From the NCBI GenBank assembly GCA_012295275.1, contig CM022670.1:14694001-14758000 (forward strand): a stretch of 64,000 bases of DNA, in the 5' to 3' direction. The stretch's first letter is position 1, and the number at the start of each line of letters is the position of its first letter. Made by a program: the position numbers and the translations under genes. Below, in pieces: positions 39,609 through 54,006 of this stretch. This stretch comes from Chrysomallon squamiferum. Lineage: Eukaryota; Animalia; Mollusca. The notes under the pieces were generated by a model, which searched no databases, was not told the origin of the DNA, and saw only the letters and a program-made list of their open reading frames with translations.

Positions 39609-42600
39609 ATGTTATTCTCACAATAAATCTAATGTTAGTGTGTGAATTTTTATATTTTATTGTCAGATGTTATGACTGATCTCTATCAATGGATAAATCC
39701 CCACACATCAAAACATGCACCAATGATTGCTGATGATGTTTTCAAGATAATTGTTGACAATGCTGATGTAAGAGTTACTAATTTAAATTACAGATCTAGT
39801 GAAGTATGACCTCCCAGCATTGTGTGAAAAAACACTGTATTGCTGTTGCATGCATCAAAATGTTACCTCTTTGTTTTAATTTCAAAATACAGTTGTTTCG
39901 TTCTCTTTTTATTTCCATTTTTGCTCAAAGAATAAAAAGTTTTGCTTGGGAAAATTAAAGGTAATGTTGTTCAAAAGGAAAACAATTAAATAAAACTTGG
40001 TTATCATCTATCAAATATGAAATTCTTTGATAATCGATGTATTGTTTTTAGAACTACTGTTTTTCAAAAATATGGGCAAGCTGTTGAATTTATTTTGGTA
40101 ATTTCTAAATATTGTCAGTCTTAATTCTTTATTTTGTTTTTTGTTTTGCTTTAAAATTAAAATTTTAGCAATGTCAGTTCTCTAAAGAATGGAATTGCAT
40201 GTTTAAATTGTCTTATTTTGAATGATTATGTTATATATTTCATATTATATATTTTTTATTTTTTGAAAATGTATTTTGCAGAAGCTGAATTCTCATGTTA
40301 TATATGACCGAGATTTCAACTACAATTACTTTGGATTTAAGGTATGTTAAGAAAAACAAAAAATTAACAAAGGGACAAGTTTATTTATTTTTGTTTTGAT
40401 TGTAAAAAATTACAATAATAAACAATATGATGTATTTCATTAAACATTAAGGTGTTTTATATGGGAAGAATAAATAGTTTAATAAATTTAATTGTGAATT
40501 ATTGTGCTGTATTTTGTTTCTCTTTTTTATGAGCTAATTCTAGATTCTGGTTTGTCTGATTTACAGCAGATAATTTGTAAATTTTGGATTTATTTGTTTC
40601 TAATTTAAAAACACTGAAGAAATCCACATAAGCAGACTTAATGGTATGGTCTTATTGTTTGCATGTCTATCATTTTTCACAAAGTTTTCTTTTTTTCTTT
40701 GTAATAACAAAATGCATAATTTATTTCAGACACTGGAAAGATCATACCTTTTGAAAATCAACGGCAAAGGTTAGTGAAAGCTAAAATTCTCAGGTTATAA
40801 ATCTTGTTGATATACAAAAATATTTTTCTATTGAGTGAATTAATGGCATTGTAAAATACTGTTTTATGTATAGCTAATTTATCCGTGATTATTTTTTTTT
40901 AGCTAATTTTAATTAAAAGATATTTACCTGGGCTGAAATTGAAAAAGTTTTTACCAGCCAGTTTTTAAAATTACTTTTATAAAAATGAGAGAAAAATGTG
41001 TAAATTCTGATTTCACTTCTAGTTGCTGAACGACCTCAGCACATGCTCATGCGAGTGGCTGTAGGAATACACAAAGAAGACATCGATGCAGCCATTGAGG
41101 TAACAATAGAATTTATAATACTATTGTTTCAGTTTGTACTTCATCTCTCTAATATCTGAGTTTCTGTAAGGTGTGACACTTTAAATGAATTTTCAGCTAT
41201 CCTACAAAGTACACAGATATTAATAATTTACTTTTTAACAGCTACAGTTATAAATTTCAAAAAAAAATTATTATGAAAATTCTCAGCATGGCTGTAAATC
41301 ATATAGATATTAATAATTTACTTTTTAAATAATTATAATTTTCATCTTCTGAAAAACAATATATGAAAAAATTATAATATGATTTCTCTAATGTTTTTAA
41401 ATGTTTGCTTCACAGACATACAATCTGCTGTCAGAAAAATGGTTTACACATGCATCTCCAACACTGTTCAATGCTGGAACTCCCCGACCACAGTTGTCAA
41501 GGTAACATGATACATTTTTATTTTTATATTTCTTGTGAAATAATATTTTATGTCGGTGATATGGACATAGGTATAGTATTCTGAAAGCGTGTGTTTCAAG
41601 TACATAGTTAAAAATTCTATTTTTGTGAAACAAGTCTAGAAATAATAGTTTTTACTTTCTTGGTACAGTTTCTAATTAAATTTTCTGTGATTGATATTCT
41701 GGTAAAAATGTGTATTGACAAAGTGTGTTCATGTTTCAAGTATACAATTCAGTTAGAAATAATAGAGATGTTTGTTTTGTGGATTTGACACTGATACATA
41801 AATTCTGAAGTGTAGCTGTTATGATTAAAATGAAAAATCTGTTGATCTGATTTGATATCAAATTATGACATTATTATTAAAGATCAGAATTTCTCCACTT
41901 TATCATTTCACAACTGGTTTTGTGACATCACTGCAAAAATGGAAGTTGTGTATCTATTATAATTCCTTGTTGGTTTTTAATTTTTAAATATTTTAATTAT
42001 TGGTTTTCTAAAAAATGAGATACTTTAATACTGTTTTGTTCTGTTGCTAATTAAGATAACAAGAAAGAAAGACAGAATATATTTAAGACTTTCTTTTTAA
42101 CGATCCACTAAATTTGCTGTCTGCAAGTTCATTGAGTGTATCTGTATTTCTCTGAATTATTATTATCTTTAAAACAAAATATCTTCTCTTTTTTTTTCAG
42201 CTGTTTTCTGCTGACTTTGCATTCAGACAGCATAGAGGGTATTTATGACACACTTAAACAGTGTGCTTTGATATCTAAAAGTGCAGGAGGCATTGGACTT
42301 AATGTGCATTGCATTCGTGCTACTGGCAGCTACATTGCAGGGGTAAGTTTGAAAGATACATTCATATCACTGTATTATTTGAAACATTAGATCTTGACTG
42401 ACTTTGATATAAAAATAACACTGTAAATAAAAGGAACGTAATTAGAAATGTTTTGAGTTTTTTTTAAATTTAAAATGTTGGATTCAGATTTAATTATATA
42501 ATAGCAGGGTGGAAATTAGTTAAATACATTCATATTTCAGCCTAATTCTTCCAATGTAAACTAAAAATAATTATTTCATGTAGTTTTTAATTATTTGCAT

Positions 42601-45600
42601 TTTGAGCAGATATCTTTCTTTTTATGTGTATATATAATAATAAACTAACGCTGATTTCAGACGAATGGGAGATCAAATGGTCTGATTCCCATGCTGCGAG
42701 TGTACAACAACACCGCCAGATATGTTGACCAAGGTGGAAACAAGGTATTCTTACAGTTTTCTCTAAACTGGATGGGAGCAGTTTTTTTAAACTCTACGGA
42801 ACTAAAGTTTCCATAGAGAACACCTTTTATGTAGTTATTAGTTATTTTAATTTTATTTTTACAAATTTTTTGTTGTTGTGTTAATTGTTTTGACAACTTG
42901 TACTGGTATAATGAGGCCATGCCATTTGTAAGAAGAAAATCACGATGAATATTAAATTAAAACTTAGTTCACATTCAGTTAGGTGGGGGGCTGTTTGTTT
43001 TTTCTTTCTTCTGGACCTTCTTTACTTTTTAAAAAGACAAAATACTCAGATCTTTTAATATCAGTAATGTTAATCCAACTGATAAATCAGGTAATTGGTT
43101 TGAAATTGGTTGATTGAGGTTACATCTTTACAGAAACTTTATAAATAAATTACTATTGCAGAGACCTGGAGCCTTTGCTATCTATGTGGAGCCATGGCAT
43201 GCAGATATTTTTGAGTTTCTGGAGTTGAAGAAGAACACTGGGAAGGAGGAACAGAGAGCGCGGGATCTTTTCTATGCTATGTGGATTCCAGACTTGTTCA
43301 TGAAACGTGTAGAAGAAAATGGAGACTGGACATTGATGTGTCCACACGAATGTCCAGGACTTCATGAGGTGCATGGAGAGGAATTTGAAAAACTTTATGA
43401 AAGGTAGAGTTGTCTTAGGCATAACAAAATTAAAATTTAGTTTCAAAGAAATTTCACATTCGATAAATATTGATAAAATAGAACTTCATTTTAAAAAGTA
43501 ATTATCTTTTCATATTTTGCTTGGAATGTTATATAGCATTTAATGTTAGTTTTAGGTTCTCAACTGTTAGGAAAATTTCATTTATGTGAATTTGTGTGTT
43601 TTATTTATGGTAATTGCTTCAGATCACCAATATTTTAATTTTTATTTGTATTTTAATTTCAGTTATGAGCAGAGAGGCAAAGGAAGAAAAACCATCAAAG
43701 CACAGCAGCTTTGGTATGCCATTATCGAGTCACAGACAGAGACTGGCACACCGTACATGTTGTACAAAGACAGCTGTAACAAGAAGAGCAACCAGCAGAA
43801 CCTGGGCACCATCAAGTGCAGTAACCTTTGTACCGAGATTATCGAGTACAGCAGTGCTGACGAGGTATTCTTCTGTTCTGTGAATTCACATCACTTGCTG
43901 GTTTTATTTATTGTGAAACATAACACATGAAATAAAGAGAGAAACCATATTTGTTAGTATTTCATTTCACCAATAACATGTTGGTTGCCTGAGGGAAGTA
44001 AACGAAATTATTAGGCGAATATTTATTTTTGATAAATCAATGAATTTTAAAACTTTTCACTGTAAAAATTAAATCCTTGTCAGTTTTTAAAATTGAAATC
44101 TAATTTACTTACTGTAAAATGTGAAAATGAAGAATGATGTATGAAAGTGCTGTTATTCAAAATAACCTACTGTTACATCTATATTGTAAAAAATTAACTT
44201 ATCTGTAAATCATTGAAATTTTATTTATATGTATTCAAAGTATATTTGCTTGAACTATATAGCGAAAATTCTCTTTTTAATAAAAACAAATGTGTGATTT
44301 TTCAAAGAATTTTTTTAGCTTTAAAACAAAACTTGTAGTAATTATACATATTTATCCAAATGCAGACTTAAAATAAGTATTTGAGTTGTTCTTTGAATAA
44401 TAAAAAAATGTTTTATTTACAGGTTGCTGTGTGTAATTTAGCCTCCATAGCACTGAACATGTTTGTGAAACCAGACAGAACTTACGATTTCACCAAACTG
44501 CAGGAAGTCACCAAAGTGGCTGTGAAAAACTTGAACAAAATCATTGAAGTCAATTTCTACCCTGTCCCTGAGGTAAATACCTCACCTTCTTGTTTAACAG
44601 AAAATATCCACTGAAGTGTTTCTCTGTAGTGGAGTTCTTTATATTTGATTCAGATTATGTTATGTTATCTCAGGATAAGAAATGTCCTAGTTTGATTTTA
44701 TTTCAGGTCACTGTAATTAATTTTTCAAAATTAGATAATGTAGATAGATATGTATATATTTTTCTAATACTCTCATTAAGGGAGTTTAAAAGCATTTTAA
44801 ACAATTATTCATGTCATTAAATGAAACACTGAAAATAAATAATACGTGATGAACTTAGCTAATGCATTCATTTATTCTTTCAAACACACATAAATGATTA
44901 ATATTTGAATTTTGTTTAGGCTGAGAAATCAAACTTCAGACATCGACCTATTGGATTAGGCGTGCAGGGTTTGGCTGACACTTTTCTTCTCATGCGATTT
45001 CCATTCGAGAGTGAGGAGGCTCAGCAGCTGAACAAGGAAATATTTGAAACTATCTACTTTGCTGCTCTTGATGCAAGCTGCGAACTGGCAGAGAAACATG
45101 GACCTTACGAGACATACGAAGGATCGCCTGTTAGCAAAGGGGTTTGTATTTCTGTTTATTACTTTAGTATTCTCTTGACAAGATCTTTCAAATCATTTTT
45201 TTAATTATTGTTGATGTTGTTCTTATTATCATTATTATATTGTTGTTACTATTTATTACTATGTTTAATAATTAATCATTTGATTTCCATAGCCATTAGG
45301 AATTTTTACACACATTTTGGAACATTTCAAATAATAATACTAATAATATTTCTAAAAATTCATAATTCTCGTAAAGTAGTTCTATTTTTTCAGATTTATC
45401 TTTCAGAATTATAATCACTTATTTGAAAAATATTCAGTTTCTTAGGTTACTGAAGTTATGAAATGAGATTTTAAATTTCTTTCTCCAGATTATTTTTCAA
45501 GTGATTTGGTAGAATGACTATTTCATTATTTGCAATGAGAGAGAACGTTTGTATTTACAGATTTTGCAGTTTGACATGTGGAATGTAAAACCTGTAACAC

Positions 45601-47426
45601 AGCTGGATTGGGCAGGGTTGAAGTCACGCATTGCCAAGTGAGTCACCTCAGATATAAATAAATACAAATATAAAGAGAGAGACATACATACATACATACA
45701 TACAAACAAACAAACAGACCTTAAATATCTCACAATAGAGTTAACATTTTGACTCAAGTACAACTACTGTCATTGAATTTTGGAAAGGATGTCTCATGTT
45801 AAGATTTCAAGTTATTTTTATGTACAATGTATGAGAGCAAATATTTTTTTTTGTTTCTACATTTATTCAAATAAAACATCACAGCTGTGGTTGTTCTATT
45901 TGGTAAACAAAACATCTTAAAACAGTTGATGTCATACAGTCTCTGAGTTTATGAATTGGTCACAGTTAAAATGATGAACCAAGTCCAAAACTATTTTCCC
46001 CAAAATTCAGAATGAAATGTTTGTCTGAAACTCACAGTTTAAAACATTTTCTAAACTGATGTTAAATCATAACCACAAAACATCTTTAAAAAAAGAAAGA
46101 AAAGCCTGCGTGTTGAAATTTATCATTTAAAATTGGTTTCTGTTGTTTCAAAAGCATAACAATTACAACCTTCCCAAAATTCTGTTACGTACTACTGAGT
46201 CCAAATATTAAATTCTTTTTTCATTCAGTTGGAAAGAAAATTTAATTTGATTTTTGTAATACAGTATACCCTCACCTGTTTGCGGTTCCCCATTCGCGGG
46301 TTAGGCTCTTAACCCTATCGCATCGTATGCTGGTATACCAGGCTAGTGTCATAACGTCATAAAAACAAATGCTCGGTAAACCGGGTTTTTGTAGGTCATA
46401 GAGACTTAAGTGCCTGAAGAGTAGGAATAATTACCTAAAGTGCTGTAAAGCAGCAGCTAAGCTGTGCCATACTGTACATTAGTGTTATCATCATCATCGT
46501 ATGGCACTGCAAATTTCATCATCATTTTATTATCATTCATTATTGGTGACAGCACAAACAATATCAAATTTTTTCAATTATTATTGCAATACAGTATGTA
46601 TTTTTTTATAAATGCATACACTGTATGTACAGTGCATATTTTTGGTGACCGTGTATTAATAATGTTTTTAATTGCATATTATTACTGAATTGTATTATTA
46701 TTACCTGAACTGTGCGTACTGTATTTATCTGTCTGTTTGCCTTTAAATTTGTTCCACTTTCTGTCAATTCTAATACATATGTTGTACGCATAGAAAATGA
46801 CTTTACGGTACAGTAATACAGTATGGGTAACTATGCTATGCGGTGTTACTGTCCTCCTGTACTTACGTTTCTTTCTGATTAAAATATTGTTTCAGTACAA
46901 AATTAAAATGTGTTTACATTATCATTACTATATTAGTGAAATACATAACTGCATGCAATATTACTACATTATTACTGTATTAATGAGTAAGGGTGTCTTT
47001 AGAAAGTGTTTGGGAAGCATTTAGTACCGTATCTCATAATAGACGTTTTAAAACTGCATCCAATATTTGCGGGGGGGGGTAAAGAACGAATAGCGAGGGA
47101 ATACTGTAATATAATCCAGTGTCGAAAGAATTCAATATTTTTTTAATTTCATTCTAGACATGGTGTCCGTAACAGTCTTCTTGTGGCTCCAATGCCAACA
47201 GCGTCCACTGCTCAGATCCTCGGCAACAATGAGTCCATTGAAGCCTACACTAGCAACGTCTACACCCGCAGAGTTCTCTCTGGTGAATTCCAGGTAAAGA
47301 CATGTTTCAGTTTGTTTCCACAGTGTCGTATTAATTTCTTAAATACTGAAATACCATAATAATGATTTTCGTTTTAATATATTCTTTCTCTTCATTTTCT
47401 TTTTTCTTTGTTTAATTTTCTTTGTT

Positions 47427-47457
<31 letters not shown>

Positions 47458-47581
47458 CATATAAGATGTTTTCTTCATATAATTGTTTTTATGACAAATA
47501 ACAAAAACTAGTTAGATAGAAACTAAACAGTAACTTACCACTAGTCTTGTTAATGATTATTATATCTTGTCATAGTGGTTT

Positions 47582-47614
<33 letters not shown>

Positions 47615-49218
47615 TTTTGTTTTACTTTTAAGACGTGTCATTGTGGCTGCACAGTAAACGCTTTTAACTTCCTTTTAAAACTGATTGTTAGTGAGAAAGA
47701 TTTTTGTTGTTGATTCAGGTTGTAAATCACCATCTGTTGAAAGATCTGACTGAGAGAGGATTGTGGAATGATGAGATGAAGAACACCTTGATTGCACATG
47801 GAGGATCTGTCCAGGTAAGCAGAAACTTATTTAATCTACTATCTTTAAAGACAGGAATCTTATTCAAATGTGTAAAATATATAACAGATGATTAAAGTTC
47901 TAGATCTGTGGAAAGTATTTGAGATGTTCTGTGTATGAAATAAAAGTATGTCAAATTAAAAGAACTTAGTAAATAAATTTGAAGGTATAAACATATCAAG
48001 ATTACGACAAACATATTTTATCAAGATTATTTTCTTTTTGTATCTGTCAGCATTCTGTAAAAAAATATGTATTATTATTTTTTTAATTTAAATCTGTCTT
48101 AACTAATTAGGTATTGTATTTCTAATGCAAATAGAATTGTTAAATAATTTTATACAAAACAAAATTAAATTGTTTTTTGTTTTTTAAATAAATATTACAT
48201 ACTAAGTTATTATTTATAACACAAGTACCAGAATATTTATCATTTAATAATTTTACCAAATTAGTTATTACTTTGGTGATAAATTCTGCAAAATGTGTTT
48301 ATAGTTTAATTATCTTAATTTTTCTTACAGAATATAGACAGTATTCCTGAGGATTTGAAGATGCTGTATAAAACAGTGTGGGAGTTGTCACAGAAGACAA
48401 TTATAAAAATGGCTGCTGATCGGGGAGCATACATTGATCAGAGTCAGTCACTAAATATTCACATTGCAGAACCAAACTATGGAAAACTTACCAGCATGCA
48501 TTTCTACTCCTGGAAGATGGTAAGCTGTTTTCATGTTAAGAGTAATCTGTGGGATTGTTTAAGTAAAACTGTCAATAAATGAAATCTTATATTTTAAAAT
48601 TATTAATTTTTGTTATTTAGGGGGGTTTTTTGCTTAGACTGTACACAGATTCAGTTCAAAACACAAAAGAGGAGGATGTCCAAAACTTTAGTTTCTGGAT
48701 TATCTCCCTTGTGCACGTACGCGCTGCAGTGGTTAGGGGCAGTGAATCCCCTCTAAAGAGTGCAGGACACTTTCCACTGAACAGTTCATATCATTGTTAT
48801 TTACAGATTTTTTTTGTTCTTTCTCAGTTTTGTTTTTTAAAGAAAAAGAAAAAGTTAATAATGTTTTGTCAGGATCCAAATAAATACTGTAAACAATATG
48901 TTGGAGCTTTGAAAAATTTAAAAGTCCAAATGTAAAAAAGAAAATAGCATCACAGAATGGCTGTCTAATGAACAGTTTTATTGGTGCCTGTAACCTAATC
49001 AAAGTTTTTAACACAAAATGATTTAATTGAACCATTTTACTGTTGCGCAGGGTCTGAAAACTGGAATGTACTACTTGAGAACAAAACCTGCTGCTGCTGC
49101 AATTCAGTTCACTGTTGACAAGAAAAAAGTGAAAGAATCAAACAAAACTGATGAAAACTTGGCTGCCATGATGTGTTCCCTGCAGAATCGAGATGAATGT
49201 TTGATGTGCAGTTCTTGA
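37588..49218 (+). CDS. RRM1: Ribonucleoside-diphosphate reductase large subunit, 19 exons, ~785 aa if one A is restored at 39399-39404
   Basis: Exons 37588-37606, 38896-38984, 39238-39414, 39667-39767, 40282-40341, 40730-40769, 41023-41099, 41416-41501, 42201-42342, 42661-42744, 43162-43403, 43663-43864, 44423-44572, 44920-45141, 45561-45637, 47158-47293, 47719-47814, 48331-48519, 49051-49218. MFVIKRDG ATP-cone start, [38 protein letters not shown] and C-terminal CLMCSS. Confidence 0.97.
46262..47106. mobile_element. Non-autonomous Tc1/mariner (pogo/Tigger-like) DNA element in RRM1 intron 15
   Basis: TA duplication at 46260-46261 and 47107-47108; termini cagtataccctc... and ...gagggaatactg are inverted repeats (11/12 match); no transposase ORF. 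Confidence 0.75.
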
Positions 49219-50637
49219 AGTGCAATTATTTTTCTCTTAAAATCTTTGAGTCATACTCGATCTTCACCTTCTTATTCTTTGTTTTAATTAATTTATTTTA
49301 TATTCTTTTTCCTTTCCATTTTTCTTTACATTTCAGTAAATTTTCTTTTAAAAAGTTTTATATTTCTTTTACTCGACTACCGTGCTTCTGATATAAAGCC
49401 TAAATAAATAAAATAGTCATTTGTTTACAATATAACAAATACAACCAAATAAACAACAAAACAAAAAACTTAATTATTATGGTAATTGAGAAAAATTGCT
49501 AGACCATTAAAGAATAAGGTTGGTTTTAAAAAAAATGCAATTAGAAATTATGAATTACAGTGCTATGATGGATGAATGAGAATGTCAGAAAGTGAGTCAT
49601 CTCAATAGTTAAGTTGTTGACATTTTGTTTTGTTCACATTTACATATTACTGAGGAAAACAGCTGTAATTTACACGTCTGCTAATGTCAAAAGTGTAACC
49701 ACGTATTTCATCAGACTTTGTCACAGACTGATATGTTTGTAGACATTCTCTTCTGTAGCAAAATGCTTGATTGCAAAGAAATTTTATATTTTAGTATTTA
49801 AATTCTGTAGCAGGATGCTTCATTGCAGATTAAATATTTAATATTTGAATTCTGTATCAAAACGCTTGGTTGCAAATTCAACATTACATACTTTTTTAAA
49901 TGTCTATAGGTTTTTGTGTTCTTACAGTAGCTATAGTTTATTTTATTTTCTGTATAGTCTAGACACATTAATCAGATTAATTTTTAATAATTAAATTTCA
50001 ATAAATAATCTCAGTTTTTAAATTATTTCTCAGAAAATTCATTCCATGGATGTCAAGACTGGATATAGATGGAGGATAATTTTTTTTTTTTTTAAATGAG
50101 CGTAGTCCTCGTATATTGTTGTCAATAAATGAATGAAATTGTTTATCAATTTTATTTAACTAAGTAGTCAAAGCGGTGCAATTGTTTGTATGTTTTGTTG
50201 GGTTTTTTCGTTGTTGTGTTTTTTTTTGTCTTCTATCATGTTCATCTTCAAAATATCATTAAAAACTGATCTCCCATGGATGTACCCTAAACTGAATTCA
50301 CTTAGGACACTAACACAAACCATTTACACAGTGCTGGAATAGACTGTTTAGTGTATGTGAAACCATCGTCCTGCATTCCTCGTTTGTGCTCAGTAATTTG
50401 TCTATATTAATTTACATTATTAAAAGTAATTAAACATTTACATAAACTCAGTGAACCTTGTTATTTATTTATTGCTTTTTACTTTTAAAAACAGTCGTGT
50501 TTTCTAACATTTTAAATAATTTAAAATAAAAATGAAGTTAATACTTTTTCTGCAGTGAAATACAAAGAATGGAGGATTTAAAAAAAAATGGTCTTTGTAT
50601 ATTAGTGGTAGTTTTATTTAGCTATGTAGTAACAACT

Positions 50638-52314
50638 GATCTGGTAATGTTATTTTCTTATGCCTCTTCTGTAACTGACGAGCTTAAATATTTATGTCAA
50701 TGTTTATCTACAATCATAATAGTCTACGTTTTTATTATTATTATCATCGTATTATGATATTATGATTGTTATTAATGCTATTATCATTATCATTATTTTA
50801 AAAATGCTTATTTTTCTTCACAACTGTTCAGCTCTATTGTATTTGATTAAATAAGAATGCCTTTTGTCTTGTTAAAAAAAATGATCTGTTCAGTCATTAT
50901 TCATTTCTCTTAATTTTAATTAATTTTAAAATAATTTGCATATATTTTTTAATGTAACTGATAAGCCAGTTCATCACTGTGTGTTGTAAAGTGGCAAGAA
51001 TGAATTTGTATTTATATTTTGCGGTGAATCTTTTGACAGAATATTTCAGTTACAATTTACGATGTAGCACAAAATAAGAGCTGTTACCTAACTGCAAGAT
51101 ATTACGAATTGAAAAAGAAGGTTTTCGTGCCGATTTAATTGCGTAAACTCTATCACGTCTAATACCTGGTACAGTTAAATCAGTATTACAAACGATAAAT
51201 AAAATTATAAATTACGAGAAAATAATTATTTTCAAATCAGAATAGTTTGAATTTCCAGTTCTTGTCTTTGTCATCTTTTTCGATTTTTCTTTTCTTATTT
51301 TTATTTATTTATTTATTTATTTTTTTTTTTTTTTTTTTTTTAAATAACAGTCATGTTTTCTAACATTTTATTGCGATCATAAAAAACCAAAAACGTAGGT
51401 GTTAGTAGTTAATATCTTTCTGTCGTGAAGTATACGCCTTTTATTCCTAAACATCAACATAATGAAATAAATATTAACATACGTTTTAGTCCTTTTCTTT
51501 AATAAATACAGAATTTAAAAAAACAAAGGGTTTGCGATGTGTGGTCTTTTATAAATTTCACTCTAAAATTCTGTAAAATTTAGTATTTTCAAAACAAAAT
51601 TTAATGAATAAATTTCACGTAATCCAGTATTGTTTTTAAAAGAGAAAAGAGGTGCTGATGTACTCAGGTAACAACACTCCTTACTATAGGTAACAGTATG
51701 TAAAAGATGTGTTACCAATAATTATTATTATTTTTTTTTTATTTATCTGCGCTTTGAAATTGAGCATAATACGCACGTTCAGGTATTATTAATCTATTAT
51801 TATATATCGATACACATATCGATGCACGCACGTACGCACACAAAATTATTCAGATTGAAACATTTCTGAAGTAGAGTAACATTGGTACTTTTAAAAATTG
51901 AACGATATGTATGTTACTTAAAAGAAAAAGAATTTTTAAAAAAGTATCCTCCATAAAACTACCTTTTAAAAGTTAAAAAAATAATAATGAAAAACAGCTG
52001 TGTCAACGTTGATCATGCTAATTAATTCTATTTATTTATTTTATTTTGTTGTTGTTGGGATGAAACTTAAACTTTCATGTACCAGTGTATAATTTTGAAC
52101 ACAAAGTGGGTGGTTTTTCTGTTGGGGTGTCTCGTTAAACATTCATCCATTCATTGACACAGTAGATGTGAGACTGGAAACAATGTCACGATAAATAAAT
52201 AAATAAATAAATTCTGAAAATTTAAAAAAAAAAAAAGCTGATAAATTTTAAAAAAAAAAAAAATTCTAATTGTGTATCATTTCTGTATTTTCCTTGTATA
52301 TTTGTATCACATTT

Positions 52315-52345
<31 letters not shown>

Positions 52346-53541
52346 GATAAATCCGCAGTTCTGACTCTGTTTCACTTCCCCTGTGACTAGAATGTAAACA
52401 TTGCGGAATATCCGTGTTGACTCAATGGTGAACTTGTTTGTTTTCATCACAGGAATCGATGATGATTTCTCGTCCCAGGGGTTGTTAATAATTCCTATCA
52501 GCGGACACTTCAGAGTTTTAGGTGGAAGAGGGCCTGAAAAGTGGCAGTCTGAAACGGGCTTGGCATTTTATTTATGTATTATTATTATTATTATTTTATG
52601 TTTTATTTTTTTTTATTATTATTATTTTTTTTTTTTTTTTTTTTTTTTTTGTAATATTATTTTTTAAATTATTATTTATTCATGATTATTATATTAATTT
52701 TTTTTTTTTAAATAATTTAATATTAATTAAAAAATTTTTATACTAACGTATTTATTAATATTATTAATTTAATTAATATTTAGTTTATGTTATTATTTTT
52801 ACAATTACAATAACAATAACAACAACAACAACAGCAGCAGCAGCAACAATAATAATCACATTAATAACAACCATAATAAATGATGATAATAATAATAATA
52901 GTAGTAGTACTATATTGACACAGTATTTTCATCCCACTTGTTTCCCATAGACTAATTACGTTTTTTGACGAGACCAATTTCTTTTTTTTTTTTTTTTTTT
53001 AACATCCTTCATTGAATGAAATGTTGCCTGTCCTGCATATTTTTAAAATTATTATTCAGAACTCATTAAAACATGGTCATGAATTCACAACAATGAAAGA
53101 TAAATAGAGTCGGCCATTTTTTTTTTTTTTTTTTTTTTTGATATTTTGCTATATTATAACATTCTTTGGCTTACACGAAACGGTCTTGAAAGTATATGCA
53201 AAATATATTAAGATTATTTATGTCGTGAATATATTTTAATTGATCTGGTAGCATGATTTCTTATGCCTGTTTCTTCTGTAATTGGTAAGCTGAAATATTT
53301 ATATGAACTTATAGCTTCAATCATAAGCGTCTTCAAATTATTAATATTAATATTATTACTATTATTATTATTATCATCATCATTGTCTTTATTATTATTA
53401 TTATTATTATTATTATTTCCAAAATTTTATGGGGTTTTTTTGTTTGTTTGTTTTTTCTTTTTCTTTTTTCTCGTAATAACTGTTTGTTCAGCACTATTAC
53501 TTTAATTTTTAATTAAGTAAGCATGCCCCTGATATTGTTAA

Positions 53542-53573
<32 letters not shown>

Positions 53574-53915
53574 ATAAATATATTTATTATTCATTTCTCT
53601 CTTTATTTTAATTAATTTTACAATAAAAATTTGCATATATTATTTGATATAACTGATAGCCAATTTATCATTGAGTTTGGGTGTTGCAAAGTGACGAAAC
53701 TTTTTAGAAAAACCTATACAGTGTAAAGAAAATAATAATAATGGTTTAAGTTAAACCAGTCTGTTGCAAACACACACACACGCACATTTGTCGAAATCAA
53801 TTTAATTACAAATGATAATACAAAAGAAATTACGAGAAAATACTTTTTAAAACTGAATTGTTTGAATTTCTAGTTCTTGTTTTTTTTTTTTTTTTTTTTC
53901 GATTTTTCTTTATTC
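50638..53915. repeat. Dispersed direct repeat pair, ~50638-51300 and ~53242-53915
   Basis: Colinear diverged blocks such as atctggta...ttcttatgcct...cttctgtaa, tcatttctct...tttgcatatatt...aactgata and aattacgagaaaata...tttgaatttc.agttcttgt...tcgatttttctt. Confidence 0.75.

Positions 53916-54006
<91 letters not shown>

Noticed and set aside
46305-46412. Nested piggyBac-like end (TTAA-CCCT) inside the Tigger-like element
   Set aside because: No matching AGGG-TTAA right end was found.
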